A DNA stretch of 64,000 nucleotides, taken from assembly GCA_038087875.1 (NCBI GenBank), contig JAXLNO010002790.1, positions 372,001 through 436,000 on the forward strand, given 5' to 3'. The notes beneath the pieces were generated by a model. It was not told the origin of the DNA and made no database searches. It saw only the letters and a program-made list of their open reading frames with translations. The position numbers were made by a program, and so were the translations under genes. Positions 13,637-24,290 of the stretch are shown piece by piece. Within the stretch, counting starts at the first letter, position 1; each line of letters opens with the position of its first letter. This stretch comes from Malacoraja senta. Taxonomy: Eukaryota.

Positions 13637-14059
13637 CAGTGGTTCTTAACCTGGGGGTCGTGACCCCCATGGGGGTCGTTTGGGGGTTTTCCGGGGGTCA
13701 TGAAGGGGTTGTAAAGAACATCAATTTGTTGAGCCTATTTTTAGGAACCTAACAAAGGTACAGACCACACACAGTATTTTGTTCACGAATGCGCGTACGT
13801 ATACACAGGGCCTATGAGAGGGGGGTGCAGGGGGTACATCGTATGCGGGCCCAGAGTCCAATAGGAGCCCGGGAGCTGAAGGAGGGGGGATGGGAATTTC
13901 CTGAAATCTCAGAAAATGTTTGCATATATTTTGTGAAGACTAGCATTCACATTTTGTGCCTTCGGAGTTTTATATATTATAATTCGTAGAAATTGTGATC
14001 CATAATAAAGCAGGGAATTTTAACTGGTGGTGTGTGGTCGGGGTAACCTGATTAAAAGA

Positions 14060-14500
14060 GAGGGAAGGGGAAGACCCATCACTACTGATGGGTCTTCCCT
14101 GCAGGAGAGAGGAGGTGGAGAGCACTAGGACCCAACAGTCATCACTACTGATGGATCTTCCCTGCAGGAGGAGGGAGAGCACTAGGACCCAACTGACTGA
14201 TGGATCTGCCCTATAGGGGGGGGGGGACCACTAGGACCCAGCAGAGTCATCACTACTGATTCATCTTCCCTGTAGGGGGAGGGAGAGCACTAGGACCCAA
14301 CTGACTGATGGATCTGCCCTATAGGGGGGGGGGGAGCACTAGGACCCAGCAGTCATCACTACTGATTGATCTTCCCTGTAGGGGGAGCGAGAGCAGTAGG
14401 ACCCAACTGACTGATGGATCTGCCCTATAAGGGGGGGGGGGGAGCACTAGGACCCAGCAGTCATCACTACTGATTGATCTTCCCTGTAGGGGGAGGGGGA
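14060..14500. repeat. Higher-order minisatellite (alternating ~60-bp and ~47-bp units) inside the inner hAT
   Basis: Both units share gagcactaggaccca. Type A continues gcagtcatcactactgattgatcttccctgtag; type B continues actgactgatggatctgccctata. Confidence 0.85.
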
Positions 14501-15054
14501 CTAGGAGCAAGCAGAGTTAGACCACGTGCTGCCTGCATGGTGGAGGTTGTGGGCCTGGTGCTGAACCGGGAAGGTGACGGCTCTGGCCCGCTGGTGGCCG
14601 GTGGAGAGGCAAGTGTCGGCGGAGTCGCTGGCGGAGGCCCATGGGGAGCTGGAGTAGAGATATGGGCTTTCCAGCGACAGTGGCTGCGGTGGCCCCGCCC
14701 AGGGAGGTGGTGAGAGTCGGCAGCCACGGCTGTTTCAGTGGTCCGGGCCTGCGTTTGGGTGGGAGAGTGGGCGTGGGTAAGTGGGTGGATTTGTGTGGGT
14801 GGGGGTGTGGGTCAGTGGGTGTGGGTCAGTGTGGGTGGGTGGGTGTGAGTGGGTGTGTGTGTGGGGGGGGGTGTATGTGAGTAGGTGTGTGTGTGTGGGT
14901 GTGTGTGTGTGTGTGGATGTGTTTGGGTGTATGCGAGTAGGTGAGTGAGTGTGTGTCTGAGTGTATGTATGTGTTAGTGGGAGGGTGAATTTTATAAATG
15001 AAGTTAAAACCATTAGATCTGTTGAACTTGTTAACAGACTATTGACTTGGTAAC

Positions 15055-15219
15055 CTGTTTCCAAATGTTTGTGTTAGCTTCAGAATACTATTAACAATTC
15101 CAGCAACAGTAGCTTCTGCAGAGAGGTCATTTAGCAAACTCAAGCTGATTAAGAATTATTTAAGGTCGACAATGTCTCATGACCGTCTTGTGGATTTGGC
15201 CAGGCTAAGTATTCAAAGT
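15055..15219 (+). pseudogene. hAT dimerisation-domain remnant of the inner element
   Basis: LFPNVCVSFRILLTIPATVASAERSFSKLKLIKNYLRSTMSHDRLVDLARLSI, the typical 'T.ASAERSFSKLK.IKNYLRSTM' motif. Confidence 0.85.
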
Positions 15220-16106
15220 TAAAGTCAGTTTTATTCATCACATACACCCGAAGGTGCAGTGAAGTGAATTTGCCAGCAGTGATACACGTAAAAAGAACAC
15301 ACAATACACAATAAAATTGAACACAAACATCCACTACAGCATTCTTCACTGTGGTGGAAGGCAACAAGTTTCAGCAAGTCCTCCTCCATTGTTCACCCGT
15401 GTTCGGGGCCATAACCCCTCCGTAGTCGCCGCTAGGGACGGCCCGATGTACAAGGCCCTCTCTTCGGGATGATCCAAACTCCGACGTTGGGACGGACAAA
15501 CACACTCTGCGGCTTGGAGGTCCCGACTCGGCACTTTCCTACTGGAGACCGCAGCTTCAGGATGTTATAGGCCGCAGGCCAGCGGTTTTGCAGTTAAATA
15601 TAAAAGGATGTTTCAATGTGAATTCTTTCTCCTTATCTGTATTGTAGCATAAACAAAGATGTTCAAAACAAAGGTAGATAAAATGCTGGAGAAACTCAAT
15701 GGGTGAGGCAGCATCTATAGAGTGAAGGAAAACAAATGTGCTTGCTGATCCTTTTATGTTATTTATATTTATTTATATTTATCATGGAGGGTGTATAGGG
15801 ACATAAGGCCTCAAATGCAGAAAATCAACAGAGCGCCCCATTCCACCCCTCTCTCAACTTCTGTACCCCTTTTTGCCGTGCAGGCTACAGCTCATGGCAT
15901 AAAACTGTAGCATAGTGGATAAAAACAGGATGACTAATGGAGAAGGGAAGGGGGCCCAAAAGAAACTTTGTATCCACTGATAAAATTCCTCTGAGGCCCT
16001 GCGTATACACGCACAAACAGTGTGTGTTGTGAACCATGTCTTCCAAGACGCGCACGTATAGTGAAACATTTCTCAAGTTCGGCTTCACAAGCATTGTTCC
16101 AAATCC

Positions 16107-17792
16107 GTGGTCAAGCCGCAATGTGTTCTCTGTGCCAAGGTGTTGAGTCACGAGAGCATGAAGCCCAGCAAATTGAAGATCCATTTGGAGTCTTGTCACA
16201 GTAACCTGGCGGGGAAGAGCGTGGACTCTTTCAAACGAAAAGAAGCCGTACTCAAGGGTTCCCGCATGTATTCAACGGGTCACTGCGCTCATCAAAATGA
16301 AGCAGCGTTGGATTGCTTATCGAATCGCACAGACTAAGAAACCTCACAGCATCGGTGAAGAGCTTATCAAGCCATGCCTTCTCGAAGCAGCAAAGTTGGT
16401 GCTGGGGGAACAGCAGTCAAACAAGTTCAGGCAGATTTCCCTTTTGAATGACACAGTCAAAAGTTGAATCTCGGATATGAGTAATGATATTCTGCTGCAA
16501 GTAGTGAGGGCTGTGACGAGAAGTCCAGTGTATTCACTGCAACTGGGCAAGTCAACAGATGTTGCCTCATGTTCCCAACTGCTAGTCTACGTTTGTTACC
16601 TCAATGGAAAAGCCATGATGGAGGAGGAGGAGTACCTGTTCTCGGAGCCATTGGCTACTACCACTCGGGGAGAAGATGTGTTCAGAATGCTGGAAGCCTT
16701 CCTCATCAAACATGAGCTAGGCTGGGAATGCCTTGTCGGGATGTGTACAGTTGGGGCACCTTCCATGGTTGGTTGCAGAACCGGTTTCCAAGCCTTCGTG
16801 AAGGATGTCGCTCCCCATGTCTCCTTCACCCACTGCATGATACATCGCCATTCTTTAGCGATGAAGACTCTCCCTCTTGGTCTTCGAGAAGTGCTTTCAG
16901 ATGTGGTGAAGATTGTGAACCACATCCGAGAGCGCAACAAACTCAAGAATCTTCAAGCGATGTGTGAAGAAATGGGCGCCGATTTCACTATTCTGTTATT
17001 CCACACAGAAGTGCGCTGGCTTTTGCATGGTAAAGTTCTCAATCATGTGATTCAACGTTGAGAGGAAATAGTGTTGTTCTTGGAGAGAAGGTGTACTGAG
17101 AAGGAGAATCAGCTTCATGAAAAGATGCAGGTTGAACTGTTCGTGATGAAGGTTGCTTACTTGGCTGACTTCTTCACCGAGGTGAATTCCTTGAACCTGT
17201 CACTTCAAGGAAACTTTCCAATGGCAAAGTGGCAGCATTCAGGAGGAACCTTTACCAGAGAAGAGCCCAGGACGGTGACTCGACTATCTTCCCTGAGATG
17301 ATGACTCTCCTGGATGCTATGCCTGATGCTGAATGCCACTTCCATGAGGAGATCTCAACCCACCTTCTGGCAATTAGTGAAGCCATCGAACGTTACTTCC
17401 CCAGACTGGACGACTGCTCTCATGATGAGTGGATCATCCGACCCTTTTCCGTTGAAGACGGTGGCATCAGTGATACTGATGTAACTGCGAAGGTTGAATT
17501 TTACCGAATTTGTGAAGATGCGCAACTCAAGAGTGACTTCATGGAACAAGAGCTCGCCACGTTTTGGCTGAAAGTGAAGGACTGTCCTGCTCTTTCGAAG
17601 AGGGCCCTGACCCTATTGGTCCAGTCCCCCTCAACCTCTCACTGTGAGGGTGGATTCGCAACTATGGTAACTCTGAAAACGAAGGTACGCAATAGGCTTG
17701 TGATCGACACTGACATGAGGTGCTGCATGTCGAGCATTCGTGCTCGTTTTGATTGCCTGATGACTGCGAAGCAATTTCAGACATCCCATTGA
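16107..17792 (+). pseudogene. Disrupted hAT transposase (SCAND3/ZBED5/Buster-like)
   Basis: BED finger KPQCVLCAKVL..MKPSKLK.HL..H; 'HCMIHR..L' segment; 'FHTEVRWL'; hATC dimerisation region FWLK..CP.LSK.AL..L..PST..CE.GF. Split over several frames by stops and frameshifts. Confidence 0.9.
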
Positions 17793-18809
17793 CTGAGCAT
17801 TGGCTGACATGTTTTAATAAATCGGGCTGTTTTTTTTCAAATTTTGTTTCAGAGGTCACGGTACTGATCAAGAATGCCTGATGGGGTCGTGGGGCCAAAA
17901 AGGTTAAGAACCACTGCTCTAAAGCTTAAAACTAAAGGGGCTAATAAAGGCCACAAAGTGGCTTTAGTAAGTCAGATTACAGAAAATCCCACATCTTTTT
18001 CAAGGTTTCATGTTTAGTTTATTGTCACATATACCAATTAAGGTACATTGAAATGCAGACTACCATACACCATACAAAAAAAAAGCAACAAGACACACAA
18101 TAACGTAAAAGTTAACATAAACATCCACAACAGAGGAGCCCGCACGTTCCTCACTGTGATAGAAGGCAATAAAGTCTAATCTCCTTCCTCTTTATCTCCC
18201 GCGGTCTGGGCAGTCAAATAATCTGCAGTCGGTGGTCGAAACCCCCGTTGGGGAATCGAAACTCCCACATCGGAGCGGTCGAAACTCCTGCGGCTTGGAG
18301 TTCCCGGATGTCGGTCTCGACCGAGGACTGCAGGCTCCGCGATGTTAAAGTCTTGCAGGCTCTCACAGTTGGAGCTCTAAAGTCGATCCCTGACAAGGAT
18401 TGCGAGCTCCATGATGGTAAGTCCACAGGCTCCTGCGATGGATCTCCCGGTCGATCTCTAGCAAAGGCCGCCATTCCTCAATGTTAGGCCGCATTGTGGA
18501 CGGAGATACGATACAGAAAATATCGCATCAACGTCGAGGTAAGAGATTAGGAAAAGTTTCCCACAACTCCCCCACCCCCCCCCCCCCCCCGCCCAAAAAA
18601 CAAGCTTAAGAACACTGAAGAATATACATTTAACACATACAAAATGGACACAAAGAAGGAAGGGACAGACATACTGTTGGCGAGGCAACCATTGCAGCAA
18701 AAGGTGGATTGCTTAAGGATATAGAAGGGAATATGTGCTTGGAGTTTGTGGATATAGGCGAGGTTTGGTTTCACCAAGGAAGACATGTAGAATAGTAAGG
18801 ACCATTAAT

Positions 18810-19580
18810 AGTAAGTACATCATAAAATCCTCCAACATTTCTACCACCTCCAATGGGATCCCACTACTGGTCACATCTTCCCATCTCCACCCCTTTCTGC
18901 TTTCCGCAGAGACCTTTCCCTCTGAAACTCCCTGGTCAACTCGTCCCTTCTTACCCAAACCACCCGCTCCCCGGATACTTTCCCCTGCAACCGCAGGAGA
19001 TGCAACACCTGTCCCTTTACGTCCCCCCTCGACTCCGTCCAAGGACCTAAAGTCTTTCCAGGTGAGGCAGAAGTTCACTTGCACCTCTTCCAACCTCATG
19101 TACTGTATCCGCTGTTTCAGTTGTCAACTTCTCTACATCAGTGAGACCAAGCGCAGGCACGGCGATCGTTTTGCTGAACACTTCCGCTCAGTCCGTCTTA
19201 CCCTACCCGATCTCCCGGTGGCTCAGCACTTCAACTCCCCCTCCCATTCCCAATCTGACCTTTCTGTCCTGGGCCTCCTCCATTGTCAGAGTGAGGCCCA
19301 GCCCAAATTGGAGGAACAGCACCTCATATTTTGCTTGGATAGTCTATACTCCAGCGGTATGAGCATTGACTTCTAATACGTTCGATAGCCCTTGATTTCT
19401 CTCTCCATCCCCTCCCCCTTCCCAATTCTGCCACCAGTCTTACTGTCTCCGCCGAAATTCTAACTTTGTCCCTCCCCTGACATCAGTCTGAAGAAGCTGC
19501 CTGACCCGCTGAGTTACGCCAGCATTTTGTGTCTCTCTTCGATTTTAACATCTGCAGCATCTGCAGTTCTTTCTTACACA
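18810..19580 (+). mobile_element. Penelope-like element 3' part (GIY-YIG endonuclease remnant plus pLTR)
   Basis: CNRRRCNTCP linker; NLMYCIRC..LLYISETKRR.GDRFAEH..PVAQHFN..KLEEQHLIF; followed by the pLTR-type repeat. Confidence 0.87.
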
Positions 19581-19719
19581 TGGAGAATCAATGTGGAGAA
19601 TGCTAACATGCAGGGACACTTTGAAGTTAAGCAAGAAGGAGATGTTGGATCACTTGAAGAGAAATGTGGATAAATCCCCAGGACAGAGGGGTGTAGTGGA
19701 TGATAATAATAATCGTTGA

Positions 19720-20130
19720 AAACATTAGTGCCGTGCTGGTTTCCGATGGGCACGGTGACGGACGCACCACACATCTCTGTCCTCCATGCAGCTGGCAGGC
19801 GCCTCGTTTATCTCTACACATGCGTCTTCCATCAACGTCTTCACCATCGTCTTGATTGGCCATCCTGGGTCAAGTCTTCCATGGGTGGGTTCCCACAGCA
19901 CAACCTTGTTTGCTGGCATTTCTGGGTGGTGGAGCCAGAGACCTGCGAGCCTCATCCTTCTCAACGTGATCTTCTCGGTCAGAGGTGGATTCTCCCCATA
20001 GAGCTGGGCGTTGGTGATGTGGTCCCTCCATCTGCATTTTGAACTTTTCCGAGCATTCGGGTGTAGGTACCATCGAGAGTCTAGGACAGTGCTGGAGTGA
20101 GAGTCCATGCTTCACACCCGTACAATAATA
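19720..20130 (-). mobile_element. RTE-clade LINE 3' fragment
   Basis: WRDHITNAQLY..RRMRLAG..HPEMPA.KVVLWEP.HG..P..T..L.ED..MEDR..W. Confidence 0.72.
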
Positions 20131-20314
20131 TGGTCTCTACAGTTGCACGGAAAGACAAATATTCAGGCTGTAGTTCAGTGACAAGTAGAGTTCTGCAGGG
20201 ATCTGTGCTGTGACCCTTGCTACTTGTGACATATATAAATGACTTGGACCCTGGTGTTCAGAAATTACCCAGTCATAACAATTAATCAAATAATGATTTT
20301 TATTTTTATTTCAG

Positions 20315-20589
20315 ATTATCACGACGTTCAAGGACAGTTTGGTTGTGAGGTGAACGATCACAGTCCCACTGTAGGGATATTGAAGTTGGCTTTTGATGGA
20401 AGTTATGCATTTAGTTTTGATAAGGACAAATTAAAGTGGACGGTGCATGATCCAATAGCTGAGCCCTTCAAAGAGAAATGGGACAAGAATGAAAAATGAA
20501 CCGTTATTTCAAGAGCTTGTTAGAACATGACTGTGTGGATCTATGGCTTACATACTATGCAATTGGAAAGACATTCCTGACCAGAAAAG
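20315..20589 (+). pseudogene. MHC class I-like heavy chain, alpha2-domain exon with apparent 1-nt deletion (pseudogene or assembly indel)
   Basis: Acceptor tttcag|AT, donor AAAAG|gtgagt. Reads YHDVQGQFGCEV..LAFDGSYAFSFDK..W..AEPFKEKWDKNEK*, then in the shifted frame MNRYFKSLLEHDCVDLWLTYYAIGKTFLTRK. Exon is 275 nt (3n-1); one more A in the gAAAAAtg run at ~20492-20496 restores a 276-nt exon with both alpha2 cysteines. Confidence 0.88.
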
Positions 20590-21244
20590 GTGAGTTCAGA
20601 ACAAAGGATGTTGTTTTGCAATGGTAGGCAATGAGTAATATTATCTCTGACCCAATCATGACAGAGGGAAAGGTCATTCGGCCCATTGATTCTATGCTAG
20701 TCTTCTACGCAATGTCGACAAACTGTTCCACAGCTCTCTCTCACAACTTGCACTCAGCTCCCTTGGATTCTCCTTGCATTCAGCTCCACGACGGATAATT
20801 TGCAATGTCCAACTAACTCACTGGCACGTCTTTGGTATATTGGACAAAACTGGAGCACTTGGAGGAAGCCAACTGAGTCATAAGGTCATAAGTGATGGCT
20901 GCAGCATTAGAACATTCGGCCCATCAAGTCGACTTCGCCAGTCAATCATGGCTGATCTATCTCTCCCTCCTAACCCCATTCTCCTGCCTTCTCCCCATAA
21001 CCCCTGACCTGCATACTAATCAAGAATTAAAAATATCCATTGACAGACTCCACAGCCTTCTGTGGCAAATAATTCCACAGAATCACCATCCTCTGACAAA
21101 ATAAATTCCTCCTCATCTCTTTCCTAAAGGAATGTCCTTTAATATTGAGACTATGACCTCTCGTCGTAGACTCTCCCACCATTGGAGACATCCTCTCCAC
21201 ATCCACATCTATCCAAGCCTTTCACTATTTGTTTAAAAAAAAAT

Positions 21245-22610
21245 ATATATTTTTATTAGAAGCATGTGCATATCATAATACAAACATTTCTTATATATCA
21301 ATCCTACTTTGCTAATAGGTGGGAATCCAGCTATCAAAATAATAGTGGTCCTCCTTTATCAATTGTATATTAAATCTGCTTCTATTTAGTTTTGTTTTAT
21401 AGATAGAAAGTGAGAAATTTTAAAAAAGGCATGATAAAGAAGAATGGAATAATTTACCAATAATACAACTTTGGAGATAGGTCCGTAGGTTATAAAGCAT
21501 AACTATTCATCTAATCCTGAGCTTGGATTTCAGTCAGATTCCCATGCTGAACCAATTTACCCTTTCAAAAAATCAATAAATAGAGACCTTATTCTATTAA
21601 ATAATTCAAGTTTGTCAATTAAGACAAGTCTAGTTCTTTCCAAATGTAAGGTCTCTGACATTTCCATAATCCACATTTTGATTGTGGGGGTTATAGGACC
21701 TTTCCAAAATTTTAATATTAATTTTTTCCCAATTATTATACTATAATCAAGAAAGTTTCTTTGGTTTATTGTAAGTCTTAGGCTTTGTTCTGACATTCCT
21801 AATATTATTAGTTTTGAGTCGGGATCCAATTGGGTATTGACTACTTCAGAAATTATTCTGAAAATGTCCTTCCAGAAATTTTTGATTTTTATACAATTTA
21901 CAAAGGTATGAGTTAAGTTAGCCTCTAAATGCTGGCATTTATCACAAATAGGAGAGATATGTGGGAAGATTCTATTTAATTTTGTTTAAGAATAATGTAA
22001 TCTATGTAATACTTTAAATTGTATTAAGGCATGTCTGGCATTTAACGAGCATTGATGTATATATTGTAGACTTTCGTCCCAAATATCTTTCGTTATGGGT
22101 TGGCCTAATTCATTTTCCCATGTGTGTCTATATAAATCCGTCGGCGAGACCTCACTATCTAAGAGGGTATTATAAATATGAGATATTAAATTTTCTGTAT
22201 TAGGATGTTTATTCAAACATCAAGGATTTCTGGTTCCCTAGTTCTGTAATCTTGTGTATTTGATTTAATGTAATCTTTAAGTTGTAAATATCTGAAAAAG
22301 TTATTTGAGTGTAGTCCGTAAATCTGTTGTAACTCCTGAAATGAAAGAAAAGTGCCTTTCCTATAAAGATGACCAATCTTTTTAATTCCATAATTTTTCC
22401 ATTGTGTAAAGCCTTTATCCAACATGGAGGGTTTGAATAAAGGGTTGTTTATAATGGGGAGAGAGTGATAAATTATCCAATTTTAAAGTCTTTTTTAATT
22501 GTTTCCAAATTCGTATACCACTATATATTATAGGATTTTCACTATAGGTTTTTTAATGCAATTTTGTGGGAGAAAACATAATCAAACCAATTTCAAAAGG
22601 CAAACAGACT
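21245..22610 (-). mobile_element. L1-clade LINE 3' fragment (AT-rich, fish-type)
   Basis: W..YGIKKIGHL; LIQFKVLHRLHY; zinc knuckle CDKC..ANLTH.FVNC; KKLILKFWK..W..E..L.LE C-terminal motif. Confidence 0.8.
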
Positions 22611-23167
22611 TTCACTATTTTATATGATTCAATGAGGTCCCCCCTTTATTCTTCTAAACTCCAGCAAGTACAGGCCCACTGCCATCAAATGGTCATCATA
22701 TGTTAACCCATTCATTCCTGGGATCATTCTTGTACACCTCCTCTGGACCCTCTCTAGAGCCAGCACATCCTTCCTCAGATATGGTGCCCAAAATTGCTCA
22801 CAATGCTCCAAATGTGGTTTGACTGGCGCCTTATAGAACCTCAGCATTACATCCCTGTTTGACAGGGAGAAAGTGTAATTGATGTCTTTCATAGTAGTTA
22901 ACCATGGATTTTATTGACCACAGTTGACAGCCCCTAATGGGATTGCATGTCTATCACACATTTCAAAAGAGCACAGCGTTAAGCTTCGAAGGGCAAAATT
23001 TACACGAGATGTGCAGGTCAAGTGTTTTTTTCACAGAGAGAGCTTGATACCTAGAATGCGCTACCAGGAGTGGTGGTAGAGGAGGACATGATAATGGTGC
23101 TTAAGAACGTTTTGGACAGGCTCGTGGGTATGCAGGGAATACAAGGATATGGATCACATGCAGGCAG

Positions 23168-23470
23168 TGGAGATTAGTTTTGGTTTAGTTTAGAGATAGA
23201 GTATGGAAACAGGAACTTTGGGCCACTGAGTCCACACGGACCAGCAATTGTCCATTCACTATTTCTGTCCTTCAAGCTAGGGACAATTTACAGAAGCAAA
23301 TTAACCTACAAACCTGCACGTCTTTTGTATTTGGGAGGAAACCGGAGCCCCCAGAGAAAACCCACAGGGTGACAGAGAGAACGTACAAACTCCATCCAGA
23401 CAGCACTCTAGTCAGGATCGAACCCGGGTCTCTAATGCTGTAAGACAGCCACTCTATCACAGTGCCGCTG
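23168..23470 (-). mobile_element. V-SINE (HE1-like)
   Basis: Same family, reverse orientation. Confidence 0.78.
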
Positions 23471-23479
23471 TGTTGCCTT

Positions 23480-24290
23480 AGTTTAACTTGGTATCCTGTT
23501 GCTCTTACTTCAACTGTTGCTCTTACTTCAACTGTGATGAAGTGTTTTGAGAGGCTGGTCCTGGCCCACATTAAATCCTCACTCCCATCCACCCTGGATC
23601 AGCATCAGTTTGCATACAGAGCTAACAGGTCAACAGAGGACGCCATCAACATAGCTCTACATTCTGCACTGACTCACCTGGAGCGCCCCAGCTCATATGT
23701 GAGGATATTGTTTGTAGATTTTAGTTCTGCATTCAATACCATCATCCCCAGCAGAATGGTGGACAAACTGGGTGTAAATGCCAACACATGCAGATGGATC
23801 AAGGACTTATTAACAGATCGCCCACAGACTGTCAGGATGGGGTCCAATCACTCCCCAGTCCTGCCGCTCAGCACAGGAGCGCCACAAGGTTGTGTGCTGA
23901 GTCCTATTCTCTAAACAATATACACCCATGACTGCACACCAACACAGAGCACAAACCGGATCATTAAGTTTGCAGATGACACGACTGTGGTGGGGCTGAT
24001 AAATAACAACGACGAGTCTGCCTACAGAGATGAAGTCCAAAAACTGACTGTCTGGTGCATTAACAATAACCTGGTACTCAACTCAACCAAAACAAAAGAA
24101 CTGGTTATTGACTTCAGGAGGAGGAGAGAGGAACCTGCTCCTCTCTAGATCAAAGGAGACATGGTGGAGAGAGTCACTGGCTTTAAGTTCCTGGGTACAT
24201 ACATCTCCCAGGACCTCACATGGACAGTGAACACCATCACTCTTGTAAAGAAGTCACAGCAGCGGCTATATTTCCTGAGGTCTTGCTGGT
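23480..24290 (+). mobile_element. Rex1/Babar-like RT fragment
   Basis: PVALTS..MKCFERLV..QFAYRANRSTEDAI..FVDFSSAFNTI..GAPQGCVLSP..FADDT. Confidence 0.87.

Larger units (their letters stand above)
13806..16001 (+). mobile_element. Second, non-autonomous hAT element (Tip100/ZMYM1-like) nested in the first
   Basis: Termini CAGGGCCT...AGGCCCTG flanked by a perfect 8-bp TSD CGTATACA (13798-13805 and 16002-16009). Confidence 0.88.
13637..17916 (+). mobile_element. hAT DNA transposon (Buster/Charlie-like), decayed, inserted in a SINE tail
   Basis: 16-bp TIRs CAGTGGTTCTTAACCT / AGGTTAAGAACCACTG; 8-bp TSD ctccaaag / ctctaaag (7/8). Confidence 0.92.

Noticed and set aside
14467-15064. Pro/His-rich and Gly/Val-rich ORFs
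   Set aside because: GC-rich and GT-microsatellite sequence inside the nested hAT.
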